Source of the DNA: a virus | Taxonomy: Duplodnaviria; Caudoviricetes | Virus record (IMG/VR): IMGVR_UViG_3300020042_003938 | Coordinates: 1 to 32,414 of that record | Strand: one strand, 5' to 3' | Length of the DNA: 32,414 bases | Part shown: positions 1 through 6,810 of the stretch, piece after piece | How positions within the stretch are numbered: the first letter of the stretch is position 1 | How the letters are laid out: the number at the start of each line of letters is the position of its first letter | Translations under genes and position numbers: made by a program | The notes under the pieces: generated by a model | What the model was told of the DNA's origin: nothing | What the model saw: the letters and a program-made list of their open reading frames with translations, nothing else | The model's database searches: none

Positions 1-65
1 ATTACATGAGAGAAGATAATTCGCGTTTTGATTCTGAGAGATTCCGCGAGGCTTGCGGACTCTAA
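1..65 (+). CDS. 3' end of a small phage early protein (partial)
   Basis: Frame 3-65 reads YMREDNSRFDSERFREACGL*, resembling the DNPRFDxxRFxxACG C-terminus common in small phage proteins; truncated by the window start. Confidence 0.7.
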   Translation, partial: YMREDNSRFDSERFREACGL

Positions 66-72
66 AGATATC

Positions 73-115
73 GCCTAGCCTTTAGGGGTAGTCGCGTCAT
101 AGCGACACTAGGCAC
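73..115 (+). ncRNA. Predicted three-way-junction structured element, copy 1
   Basis: GCCTAG(73-78)/CTAGGC(108-113) closes CCT-TTA-GGG and GTCGC-GTCATA-GCGAC hairpins; intergenic; same architecture as 613-654. Confidence 0.55.
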
Positions 116-117
116 AA

Positions 118-129
118 GGTAGCAATACC
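118..129 (+). other. Short GNRA-tetraloop hairpin in the leader of 161..604
   Basis: GGTA-GCAA-TACC directly after the 73-115 element. Confidence 0.4.
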
Positions 130-160
130 GAAGAACATCAACCAATAGATAGGGGCAAGA

Positions 161-604
161 ATGATAGAAGAGCAGAAACTGCTCAACTTTTCAGCCGACG
201 TACTCATCACCGCATACGAGGGTGGATACTGTGGCATGGCTAGTTGGGTGACATCAGAAGACGGGCTCACTTGGGGCTCGGAGAATGGGGACTACGAACT
301 GGGCGAGAAAATTTCATACGCCTCGGCTACGGTCTACCGTTTAGATGAAGATTCAGAGACAGGCTACAGCGAAAACCCGTTGAAAATTGACGGAAAGATT
401 ATCGCCGAATTTGTAGCGAAAGTTGGCAAGGGAGAATTCAGTCAAGAATCGCTACCCGAATACGGAAGAATGAACCCCGAGGTTCTAGCAAAACTGGCAG
501 GGGTTTATCTTGGGGTGATTGACCCGGCCGATTGCGACCTAGACGCGCTCGACGCTGACAGTATCGTGCAGATGGTGCTACTCGGTGAGGTTATCTACGG
601 GTGA
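161..604 (+). CDS. Conserved hypothetical phage early protein (acidic)
   Basis: 147 aa ORF; RBS AGGGG at 151-155; C-terminal DLDALDADSIVQMVLLGEVIYG resembles a motif recurrent in phage early proteins. Confidence 0.85.
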   Translation: MIEEQKLLNFSADVLITAYEGGYCGMASWVTSEDGLTWGSENGDYELGEKISYASATVYRLDEDSETGYSENPLKIDGKIIAEFVAKVGKGEFSQESLPEYGRMNPEVLAKLAGVYLGVIDPADCDLDALDADSIVQMVLLGEVIYG

Positions 605-612
605 ACCATCCC

Positions 613-654
613 CCCGTGCGCCTTGGGCGTGCCGATTCAATTCGGACACGGGAC
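613..654 (+). ncRNA. Predicted three-way-junction structured element, copy 2
   Basis: CCCGTG(613-618)/CACGGG(647-652) closes CGCC-TTG-GGCG and CCGA-TTCAAT-TCGG hairpins; lies between the stop at 604 and the CAA-rich leader. Confidence 0.6.
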
Positions 655-690
655 GAAAGACAACAACAACAAAAGAAAGAAGGGCAAGCA

Positions 691-903
691 ATGAGCAATC
701 TATATGCAATAGAAACCGAGACGCACAGCGACTCAACTATCACTCACCTAATCGCCTACGGGCGACAGTTAGAGGGGCGGTATGGCAGATGGCAGGCGTT
801 ATGCGGGCGACATATTGAAGGCGAGGTATGGGGTGCGGGTAGCGTCGAGGGTGGGCGTTGCAAGCATTGTGTGAAAACATATGTTCGGGCGGGCTTGAGA
901 TGA
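691..903 (+). CDS. Small putative Zn-binding protein (H..ALCG..CxxC)
   Basis: Start moved from 601 to ATG 691, which follows the (CAA)n-GAAGGGCAAGCA leader; 70 aa. Confidence 0.75.
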   Translation: MSNLYAIETETHSDSTITHLIAYGRQLEGRYGRWQALCGRHIEGEVWGAGSVEGGRCKHCVKTYVRAGLR

Positions 904-1025
904 TAGTAGATGACAATTTCGTAGGAATAATAATGTTCTTGATTATCGGGGCACTATATTCAGCCTACAAAGTGGGCGAGTATGCAGGCGAGACAAAACA
1001 ACAACAACAAAGGGGCAAGCAATGA
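900..1025 (+). CDS. Small membrane protein (41 aa, not in ORF track)
   Basis: MIVDDNFVGIIMFLIIGALYSAYKVGEYAGETKQQQQRGKQ*; ATGA overlaps at both ends; one hydrophobic helix. Confidence 0.7.
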   Translation: MIVDDNFVGIIMFLIIGALYSAYKVGEYAGETKQQQQRGKQ

Positions 1026-1231
1026 CTAGCGCAGAAGAACTCAAGCAAAACATCGGCAAAACTGGCACGCTGACAGTATCGGGCTCGCCGTTGAGATTTT
1101 CGGTCTTAATACTTGACGCACGGTCACGCTATGGACACCTCGACTACAAGGTCACGCCTGTATCGGGTGACGGTGAGACTTGGCACGCTGGCTCTAATAT
1201 CACGGTACTTGACAACGATTCAAAAGTGTAA
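1022..1231 (+). CDS. Hypothetical phage early protein
   Basis: 69 aa; RBS AGGGG 1011-1015; ATGA-coupled. Confidence 0.8.
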   Translation: MTSAEELKQNIGKTGTLTVSGSPLRFSVLILDARSRYGHLDYKVTPVSGDGETWHAGSNITVLDNDSKV

Positions 1232-1237
1232 TACAAT
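1209..1237 (+). promoter_or_regulatory. Sigma70/SigA-type promoter
   Basis: TTGACA(1209-1214)-17 nt-TACAAT(1232-1237), ahead of the leader of 1267..1554. Confidence 0.8.
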
Positions 1238-1266
1238 AACATAACAACAACAAAAGGGGAATAGCA

Positions 1267-1554
1267 ATGGAAAGAACAACAGAGAAACAACTAGAGCAAC
1301 TGGCAAAGATGATTAGCGAAGAATTAAAGTGGGCTAATTTGTTGCCGAACGAAACAAAGGTAGTGTTAGACAAAGGGAGCAAGACATACGGCAGGGCGTA
1401 CCGTATCTATACGACAGGCTACGAAGGCAACTCAGGCTATTCGGATAAGCCGTTGCACCTTGGCGACGGGTATCTAGGCATCACCAAACGAGAAGCCTAC
1501 CTTTCATTGAGGGCTATCTTGCGAACGCTCGAAGCAGTAAGGGGGGCAAAATGA
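1267..1554 (+). CDS. Hypothetical phage early protein
   Basis: 95 aa; RBS AAGGGGA 1254-1260. Confidence 0.85.
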   Translation: MERTTEKQLEQLAKMISEELKWANLLPNETKVVLDKGSKTYGRAYRIYTTGYEGNSGYSDKPLHLGDGYLGITKREAYLSLRAILRTLEAVRGAK

Positions 1555-1760
1555 GCGAGACATATATTGACAACGCCGAAGAAGCATATATTGCTTATTG
1601 GGTTGAAGCAAACGAAAACAACACAGAGCAGATGAGTTGGGAAGAAATGGCAAAACTCACACACTCAACACAAGTAGGGATATTTGGGTATTGCTTTTGT
1701 GAAGACAACGACGGCAATGAGAACCCATATTCGGACTGTCCTAAACAGGAGACAGCATAA
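1551..1760 (+). CDS. Small acidic Cys-containing protein
   Basis: 69 aa; ATGA overlap; H..FGYCFCED..PYSDC. Confidence 0.75.
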   Translation: MSETYIDNAEEAYIAYWVEANENNTEQMSWEEMAKLTHSTQVGIFGYCFCEDNDGNENPYSDCPKQETA

Positions 1761-1939
1761 TGCCACGCACAAAACAACTAAATATAAAAGCAATACTAAA
1801 AGCCTACGAAGCGGAAGCAAAACGCGCAGAGCGTAACGCAAAAGCGTACAGGGGCGACAGCCTCGAAGCGTACTGGCTAGAGCATGCTTGCAAGGTTAGA
1901 AAATGCAAACAATTAGCAGAAGAGCAAACAGCACAATGA
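1760..1939 (+). CDS. Hypothetical protein (59 aa, not in ORF track)
   Basis: MPRTKQLNIKAILKAYEAEAKRAERNAKAYRGDSLEAYWLEHACKVRKCKQLAEEQTAQ*; TAATG and ATGA overlaps; AGGAG RBS. Confidence 0.75.
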   Translation: MPRTKQLNIKAILKAYEAEAKRAERNAKAYRGDSLEAYWLEHACKVRKCKQLAEEQTAQ

Positions 1940-2091
1940 AACTATCCACGATGAATGTCTTACGACAGTGTTTTGATTGCGCCCAATACCGTTACGAAGT
2001 TTATTGTGACCCGATAGACGGCGCATACTTTTGTCAGCGATGCCATGATGAACGAGTAAGAGAGCAGGAGGGGGTGAGTTATGGAGAGTGA
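1936..2091 (+). CDS. Small Zn-finger protein (CxxC...CxxC)
   Basis: ATG 1936 overlaps the previous stop; CFDC and CQRC. Confidence 0.7.
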   Translation: MKLSTMNVLRQCFDCAQYRYEVYCDPIDGAYFCQRCHDERVREQEGVSYGE

Positions 2092-2218
2092 GACAGCGAG
2101 AGCGTTTATTTTCGTCGCAGTTTGTTTGCTTTGGGTTGCCCCGTTTGCGGTGAACAGTTGGAGAGAAGCGCAGAGGGAGCGAAGCAAAGCAAAACATCCG
2201 ACAGCACGAATGAAATAA
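2081..2218 (+). CDS. Small membrane protein (45 aa, not in ORF track)
   Basis: MESETARAFIFVAVCLLWVAPFAVNSWREAQRERSKAKHPTARMK*; strong RBS GGAGGGGG; hydrophobic helix then basic tail. Confidence 0.7.
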   Translation: MESETARAFIFVAVCLLWVAPFAVNSWREAQRERSKAKHPTARMK

Positions 2219-2261
2219 CAAACAATAAAAAACAAACAACACAACAACAGGAGAAAATTAA

Positions 2262-2477
2262 ATGAACGAATACGGGATAAAAGATAGAGACTTACCAAAG
2301 GTAAGTATGAAGGGAACGCCAAGAAGCGTTGTAACAAATAGCAATATCGTAGAAATCTGGTGCTCAAGTCCTACGGGCGACGCCTCAGATGTTTCAATCC
2401 TTACTCTTATTTGCGCTACAAGTTCGCAGGCAGATATAATCGCTGAGACTTGGCTTAAAGTTTGGGGACTTGCATAA
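2262..2477 (+). CDS. Hypothetical phage protein
   Basis: 71 aa; A/C-rich leader and AGGAG RBS. Confidence 0.8.
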   Translation: MNEYGIKDRDLPKVSMKGTPRSVVTNSNIVEIWCSSPTGDASDVSILTLICATSSQADIIAETWLKVWGLA

Positions 2478-2650
2478 TGAAAGCATTAGAGACAGTCAAA
2501 CTAATAGAGGTCACACTCGTACTATCCATAGAAACCTACGGCACACAACAAATGTTCTGTGGCATGGACTACATCGTGGTGCAAGACGAAGCACAGGTGC
2601 TCGGCTGGTCAGAGCGTGAACTGCAAGTCACACCAAAAGAAGGCGAGTGA
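2477..2650 (+). CDS. Hypothetical phage protein
   Basis: Start at the TAATG overlap (2477); 57 aa. Confidence 0.7.
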   Translation: MKALETVKLIEVTLVLSIETYGTQQMFCGMDYIVVQDEAQVLGWSERELQVTPKEGE

Positions 2651-2841
2651 CAATGACCTCACCAACTCAAAGCGTATGGAATGTTGAGTTTACTGGTGAC
2701 TATTTTGCACTGACCTCAACAGTCATGGCAGACAACGAAGATGAGGCAGTAGTAAATGCTACGCACCTACTCTTGAAACACTATGGAATCAACATAGATG
2801 CTATTAGCAATGAGATAAATGTATGGGAGATAGCGCAATGA
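2647..2841 (+). CDS. Hypothetical phage protein
   Basis: 64 aa; GTGA overlap; V.A.NEDEA motif. Confidence 0.7.
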   Translation: MTMTSPTQSVWNVEFTGDYFALTSTVMADNEDEAVVNATHLLLKHYGINIDAISNEINVWEIAQ

Positions 2842-2969
2842 AATTGAAGCAACGCACAATGTCTTTCGAAACTTGGTGCAGGTTCAATGACCTAGACCCA
2901 GCAGACCTAGACACAAACTACATTACATACCTAAACTGGAAAGAGGAGCAATGCAAGACACAGCAATAA
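2838..2969 (+). CDS. Hypothetical protein (43 aa, not in ORF track)
   Basis: MKLKQRTMSFETWCRFNDLDPADLDTNYITYLNWKEEQCKTQQ*; ATGA overlap; fills the gap. Confidence 0.65.
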   Translation: MKLKQRTMSFETWCRFNDLDPADLDTNYITYLNWKEEQCKTQQ

Positions 2970-3259
2970 TGGCAATAGCAGACAGCGAACTATCGCTACT
3001 GCAAGCCTTCACACAAGGCTACATCAATGCGCTCGTCGCACACGACAAAGCGTACGAAGGGATGGATGAGTTCTATTGTTTCAATGACAAGTGGGACATC
3101 AACATTCATTCAGTTGGGCAGAAGCCGAGAACTATATACGCAGTTGCGTATCCGCAGACGCTCGACAAGGACGGGTATCTGTCCACCGATACATCTCATT
3201 GGGTTGAGGTAGGTCAGTACGACATGAACGGGACAGCCAAACGAAAGGTAACACAATGA
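2951..3259 (+). CDS. Hypothetical phage protein
   Basis: 102 aa; RBS GAGGAG. Confidence 0.8.
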   Translation: MQDTAIMAIADSELSLLQAFTQGYINALVAHDKAYEGMDEFYCFNDKWDINIHSVGQKPRTIYAVAYPQTLDKDGYLSTDTSHWVEVGQYDMNGTAKRKVTQ

Positions 3260-3429
3260 AAACATTTAAGATACTTGTAAGAGAGAGCAACTATGTCGCC
3301 TACTTTGTTGAAGGCGCAGACAAATATGACGCCCAAGAAAACTGGGCAAACAATGGTTACGACAGCGAAAACCAAAAGATAGTAGACAGCGAGAACGACA
3401 TCTTGGGATGCGAAGAGGTGACACAATGA
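3256..3429 (+). CDS. Hypothetical protein (57 aa, not in ORF track)
   Basis: MKTFKILVRESNYVAYFVEGADKYDAQENWANNGYDSENQKIVDSENDILGCEEVTQ*; ATGA overlaps at both ends. Confidence 0.75.
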   Translation: MKTFKILVRESNYVAYFVEGADKYDAQENWANNGYDSENQKIVDSENDILGCEEVTQ

Positions 3430-3572
3430 AAGACCGTGAAAATATACAGATAGCAGATTTGGTTAAAGCAATGGTGGAAGCAGAACCGTGTTTGTTTGGC
3501 AACTCTACAGCCAACCTCATGCCCGTCATCGTAAAACAATTTGAACCATTATCGGAGACATCTAATGATTAA
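3426..3572 (+). CDS. Hypothetical protein (48 aa, not in ORF track)
   Basis: MKDRENIQIADLVKAMVEAEPCLFGNSTANLMPVIVKQFEPLSETSND*; RBS GAGGTG, ATGA overlap. Confidence 0.6.
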   Translation: MKDRENIQIADLVKAMVEAEPCLFGNSTANLMPVIVKQFEPLSETSND

Positions 3573-3894
3573 GCAACCAACAGTACACCACTACATCCTG
3601 ACCTACGACAGCGACAACGAACTGTGGTATCACGACGTAGAAACCGAACGAGAGAAGTTCCCTGATGGTGCAACGATGAACCTAGACACAGGCAAAACCT
3701 CTTGGGGTTATCTAGGTGACGGCGAGTACGCACCGAACGAATCAGAATTGAACGAGCAAATAGTCCGAACAGTCCGACAACTTAATCAAAATAGTCGTGA
3801 AGTACCATTCACGGTAGAAGACTTTGAAGACTACAAAATTGCCGAACTAGAGGACGAAGTGTCGCGCACCCACATACCATACCCACCGTTTTGA
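3565..3894 (+). CDS. Acidic hypothetical phage protein
   Basis: ATG 3565 follows GGAGA; 109 aa. Confidence 0.8.
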   Translation: MIKQPTVHHYILTYDSDNELWYHDVETEREKFPDGATMNLDTGKTSWGYLGDGEYAPNESELNEQIVRTVRQLNQNSREVPFTVEDFEDYKIAELEDEVSRTHIPYPPF

Positions 3895-3942
3895 AACGCT
3901 CTAATGCGCTCCTAATGCGTACTATTTTACCGAAAGACCGCG

Positions 3943-4242
3943 ATGTTAAACAAAACCCACCGCTACTACCTGCGCTACAAAATCTACAAACAAGAAAAGA
4001 AAATTAAAAAACTGTGGAAGTATCAACCACCAAACAAACTATTTATAGTCGTTCGGTACAGAGGTATTGCGCCCATCGGATATTGGAAAGGGAGACACTA
4101 TCGAAACGGGCAGATGTTCACCGCACACCCACACAAAAGTTGTATGTTCAACAACGAGCAAAGCGCACAATGGGCTTTAAAAAACAGCGAACTGGTGTAC
4201 GAATCAAGCCCGCTAAAATACAAGGTAGTACGAATCAAATAG
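3943..4242 (+). CDS. Basic hypothetical protein
   Basis: 99 aa, Lys/Arg/Tyr rich; last + strand gene; weak RBS. Confidence 0.65.
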   Translation: MLNKTHRYYLRYKIYKQEKKIKKLWKYQPPNKLFIVVRYRGIAPIGYWKGRHYRNGQMFTAHPHKSCMFNNEQSAQWALKNSELVYESSPLKYKVVRIK

Positions 4243-4247
4243 TTTTG

Positions 4248-4256
4248 TGCTAGCAT
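4248..4256 (+). promoter_or_regulatory. Candidate extended -10 promoter for the 4263 hairpin RNA
   Basis: TG-C-TAGCAT, 6 nt upstream of the hairpin's first base. Confidence 0.4.
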
Positions 4257-4262
4257 AAAGTT

Positions 4263-4323
4263 TGGATTTGCCCTGCTCCGCAGGTATCCCCTTCCCTAGC
4301 GTTGTAGCGGGGCAAGTCCATTT
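4263..4323 (+). ncRNA. Long hairpin at the transcription convergence point (candidate sRNA and/or bidirectional terminator)
   Basis: TGGATTTGCCCTGCT(4263-4277) pairs with AGCGGGGCAAGTCCA(4306-4320), with two G-U pairs that form only on the + strand; inner CGC/GCG and AGG/CCT; loop TATCCCCTTC; followed by TTT. Confidence 0.6.
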
Positions 4324-4595
4324 AACTTACCGCCTGTCCCACCATGACGACGGTACTCGCGTTCTCTTGGGGTCTTGCCACCCCACACACCGTACCTTCT
4401 GACATCATTCGTTTCGCATTCCATAGCGTAAGCCAAACATTTATCTGCGACAGGGCAACGCTCACAAATCTTTACCGCTTGGTCATAGATACCAGCGACG
4501 GACACACCGACGGCTGTATCTGGGAAGAAGATATTGGTTCTCATTCCTCGACATAACGCTTTGTTAAACCAATTCAATTGGTTAAACTCAATCAT
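4296..4595 (-). CDS. whiB: WhiB family transcriptional regulator
   Basis: Four Cys (C..FFP..CxxCPV..C) and the YGVWGG turn. Confidence 0.95.
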   Translation of the reverse strand: MIEFNQLNWFNKALCRGMRTNIFFPDTAVGVSVAGIYDQAVKICERCPVADKCLAYAMECETNDVRRYGVWGGKTPREREYRRHGGTGGKLNGLAPLQR

Positions 4596-4716
4596 GTTTG
4601 TATCTTTCCAAATTCGCTGTATGTATTTCAGACTTTAGTTGCTCTATCAACGCATTCAATCGTGCTATCTCATCTAGCAACCCGTTCACCATCTCGTCAG
4701 TCTTCTTCTGAGTCAT
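4588..4716 (-). CDS. Small coiled-coil protein (42 aa, not in ORF track)
   Basis: MTQKKTDEMVNGLLDEIARLNALIEQLKSEIHTANLERYKHD*; GGAG RBS; heptad pattern. Confidence 0.65.
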   Translation of the reverse strand: MTQKKTDEMVNGLLDEIARLNALIEQLKSEIHTANLERYKHD

Positions 4717-4789
4717 CTAACTTTTCTCCACAAACAGGCTTAACTGGCAACAATCGGTCACGCAAACATGAACAGAGTGATGCTTTCAT
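4697..4789 (-). CDS. Small Cys-containing protein (30 aa, not in ORF track)
   Basis: MKASLCSCLRDRLLPVKPVCGEKLDDSEED*; ATGA-coupled to the upstream gene. Confidence 0.5.
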   Translation of the reverse strand: MKASLCSCLRDRLLPVKPVCGEKLDDSEED

Positions 4790-5085
4790 AACTGGTTCTT
4801 AGCGTGACGTACCATAGATAGGCAACCTATGTAGCCTGCTGTGTCTACGATGCTGTCGTGATGCCATCCGCCGTCAGCGATTGCTGTCCTAAGACGTGAC
4901 AGTTTAACTGCAACCATAAACAAGATGGCTTGCTCTACTGTGAGTGACACACCTGTTATGCCTTCAAAGATGTCGCGTGCCTGTGTGTAGTCATCTAATG
5001 GGTGAGCGTACTGTGCCTGTCTTGCACCTGTGATGAGTGAGTGTGCTTCTAATAGTATTTCTGAGCCGTTGCAGTTTTCAATCAT
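4786..5085 (-). CDS. DUF6378-like phage protein (putative nucleotide-metabolism helical protein)
   Basis: ILxEAxxLIxGxRxxxYxHP...MVAVKLSR...DSIVDxAGY pattern. Confidence 0.8.
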   Translation of the reverse strand: MIENCNGSEILLEAHSLITGARQAQYAHPLDDYTQARDIFEGITGVSLTVEQAILFMVAVKLSRLRTAIADGGWHHDSIVDTAGYIGCLSMVRHAKNQL

Positions 5086-5320
5086 GGTTGGGGTCTCTCC
5101 AGATTGCTGGCGAGTAATTGAGTTCTATTGCTTCTTTGTGTGCTTCGCTTTCGTAACAGCGCATGATGTGAAGGCATGGGTCTGAGCCGTCTTCAAATTC
5201 TGCGTCTTCTGTTATCGAGGTTGGTAGCCCGTCGTGTGTGTAGCAGACAGGTGGTGACACCCATCCGCTACGCATACCGATTTCTTTCCATTGTTCGAAA
5301 TCTAATTCCATTATGTCCAT
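5078..5320 (-). CDS. Conserved hypothetical actinophage protein
   Basis: Start at TAATG overlap 5320; FEQW..G...GW...PVC.THDG.P...DPC.H..R. Confidence 0.8.
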   Translation of the reverse strand: MDIMELDFEQWKEIGMRSGWVSPPVCYTHDGLPTSITEDAEFEDGSDPCLHIMRCYESEAHKEAIELNYSPAIWRDPNHD

Positions 5321-5718
5321 TAGAATGCTTCTTCTTCTTGTAGGAATCCAATCTTGCCGAAATCGTTTTGTGCTTTTGCTACAACTTGTACTGTTTTGTC
5401 TGCCATGACTGGGTTGAATCGGCAAGTTAGTCCGATTTCGTCGGCAAGAATTTTGCTGGATGTTTTCTTCTGCCCGTCTTTCTCGTAGGTGGAGATGTCT
5501 AGTTTGCCTGCAACAATTACTCGGCTACCTTTTTCTATGGATGCTGCAGCGTACTCTGCCATCTGTCCGAAGACGGTGACGTTGTGCCAGACGGTAACTT
5601 TCTTGTCGTCTTTTCCGCTTGTTGTTGCGACTGTGAATGTGCCGACAGCCATTCCGCTTTGCGAGAATTTCAGTTCGACAGGTTTACCTGCGTTCCCTAC
5701 GATTGTTATGTTATTCAT
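5320..5718 (-). CDS. ssb: Single-stranded DNA-binding protein
   Basis: NNITIVGN..ELKF..WHNVTVFG..AE..KGSRVIVAGKL; acidic C-terminus EEEAF. Confidence 0.95.
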   Translation of the reverse strand: MNNITIVGNAGKPVELKFSQSGMAVGTFTVATTSGKDDKKVTVWHNVTVFGQMAEYAAASIEKGSRVIVAGKLDISTYEKDGQKKTSSKILADEIGLTCRFNPVMADKTVQVVAKAQNDFGKIGFLQEEEAF

Positions 5719-5873
5719 TTGGATACCTCTTTCATTGGTTGGATTATTGGTTCTCTTTTGTTAGAGACTTTGTTGTCGCACAGATGCAACGGCGGTTCGG
5801 ACAAGCGAACATAGGTGCTTAACGTCATATCGCAACGGTCACAGAACCATCGTGTTTGTTTACTGCCCTTCAT
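5715..5873 (-). CDS. Small Zn-ribbon protein (52 aa, not in ORF track)
   Basis: MKGSKQTRWFCDRCDMTLSTYVRLSEPPLHLCDNK...; CxxC and HxC; ATGA overlap with ssb. Confidence 0.7.
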   Translation of the reverse strand: MKGSKQTRWFCDRCDMTLSTYVRLSEPPLHLCDNKVSNKREPIIQPMKEVSK

Positions 5874-5879
5874 ACAGTC

Positions 5880-5888
5880 ACTATATCA
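5880..5888 (-). promoter_or_regulatory. Extended -10 promoter, leaderless start
   Basis: TG-A-TATAGT, then 6 nt, then ATG 5873; no SD. Confidence 0.55.
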
Positions 5889-6362
5889 GGGGCGTTTGAT
5901 AGCCCACGGCGACCAGCCAAAACCGTAACGGTCTATACCGTACTGGTAGATGGTTAGCCCTGCCGTAAGACACGTACGAGGGTTGTACAGGTCATCTGCT
6001 TTGGTTAGGACACCTTGGTCGCGTAGCCATCGTGTCCATGACCCGTTGATTTGGATTAGGCAACGGCTACCACCGTTAGGGTCAGACGGGTTGAACGCTT
6101 TGGTTTGTCCTCGTGACTCACGATGTATCACATAGTCGAGGGTCATCATCTGGTCTTCCGCCCATCCGATTTCTCGTGCCAAAGCCCACCATTCTGGATG
6201 TCGGGCGTCGGCTGGTATCGGTGGTTCAGGTATTGTTTCCCTTGCTTGGTAACTGACTGCTTGCATTGCTTGTATCGGTCGGGGTGGTGGGGCTTTCGCT
6301 GTTGAGACAGTCCCTCCAACTAACAGTAACCCTGTCATGGTGGCAAGTATATGTTTAAACAT
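5886..6362 (-). CDS. Secreted lytic transglycosylase (SLT/lysozyme-like fold)
   Basis: N-terminal signal peptide, Pro-rich linker, VIHRES (catalytic Glu), xLIQIN, LYNPxxC, WSPW. Confidence 0.8.
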   Translation of the reverse strand: MFKHILATMTGLLLVGGTVSTAKAPPPRPIQAMQAVSYQARETIPEPPIPADARHPEWWALAREIGWAEDQMMTLDYVIHRESRGQTKAFNPSDPNGGSRCLIQINGSWTRWLRDQGVLTKADDLYNPRTCLTAGLTIYQYGIDRYGFGWSPWAIKRP

Positions 6363-6369
6363 TAATCCT

Positions 6370-6810
6370 CTAATCGTATGTGGATGTGGTCATCAACTCG
6401 TTTACCTCTGTTGGGTATATGAGAAATCCTTTCGCTGGATTGTCGGAGTTGGGTGCGGCGATTTTGATTTGGAGTTTATTTTTGTTTGCTCTCAAATATT
6501 TTTTTAATCTGCCGAGTTCTATTATACAGAAAGCGTTGGGTGCAAACATGTATACCCACCATTTCGCTGTCGTTACTGCTATACCAGATGGCTTCCAGCC
6601 TGCGTTTCGTGGGTTCTGTTCGAACTCTACAAAGATTCTTCCGTTGCGGAACCTGTCGTACTTAACTTCGAATGAACCTTCGCTTAAATCTGCAAGAAAC
6701 TGTTTAACTATTTCTTCGCCTTGATGACCGAACGCTAAATCTTTTGTGAAGTCATGCGGGTTGATGTCATGCGAAGGGACATAGCCTTCGGTGCGTTTGA
6801 TATCAGCCAT
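6370..6810 (-). CDS. PD-(D/E)xK-like phage endonuclease
   Basis: F..DL..G..GE, FEVKYD, GRIFVEF, PSGI..T.A.WW; start ATG 6810 preferred. Confidence 0.7.
   Translation of the reverse strand: MADIKRTEGYVPSHDINPHDFTKDLAFGHQGEEIVKQFLADLSEGSFEVKYDRFRNGRIFVEFEQNPRNAGWKPSGIAVTTAKWWVYMFAPNAFCIIELGRLKKYLRANKNKLQIKIAAPNSDNPAKGFLIYPTEVNELMTTSTYD

Noticed and set aside
43-59. Hairpin TCCGCGA-GGC-TTGCGGA
   Set aside because: Lies within the coding end of the partial first gene; no U tract
73-135. Hammerhead or HDV-like ribozyme
   Set aside because: No CTGANGA..GAAA core and no nested double pseudoknot could be built
613-654. tRNA gene (T-loop-like TTCAAT)
   Set aside because: No D arm or anticodon arm and only about 42 nt; kept as a structured element instead
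601-690. N-terminal extension of ORF 601..903 and ORF 585..818
   Set aside because: Region is the structured element plus CAA leader; the best RBS precedes ATG 691
3897-3920. Direct repeat CTAATGCG x2
   Set aside because: Only two short copies and not seen elsewhere; too weak to call an operator or iteron
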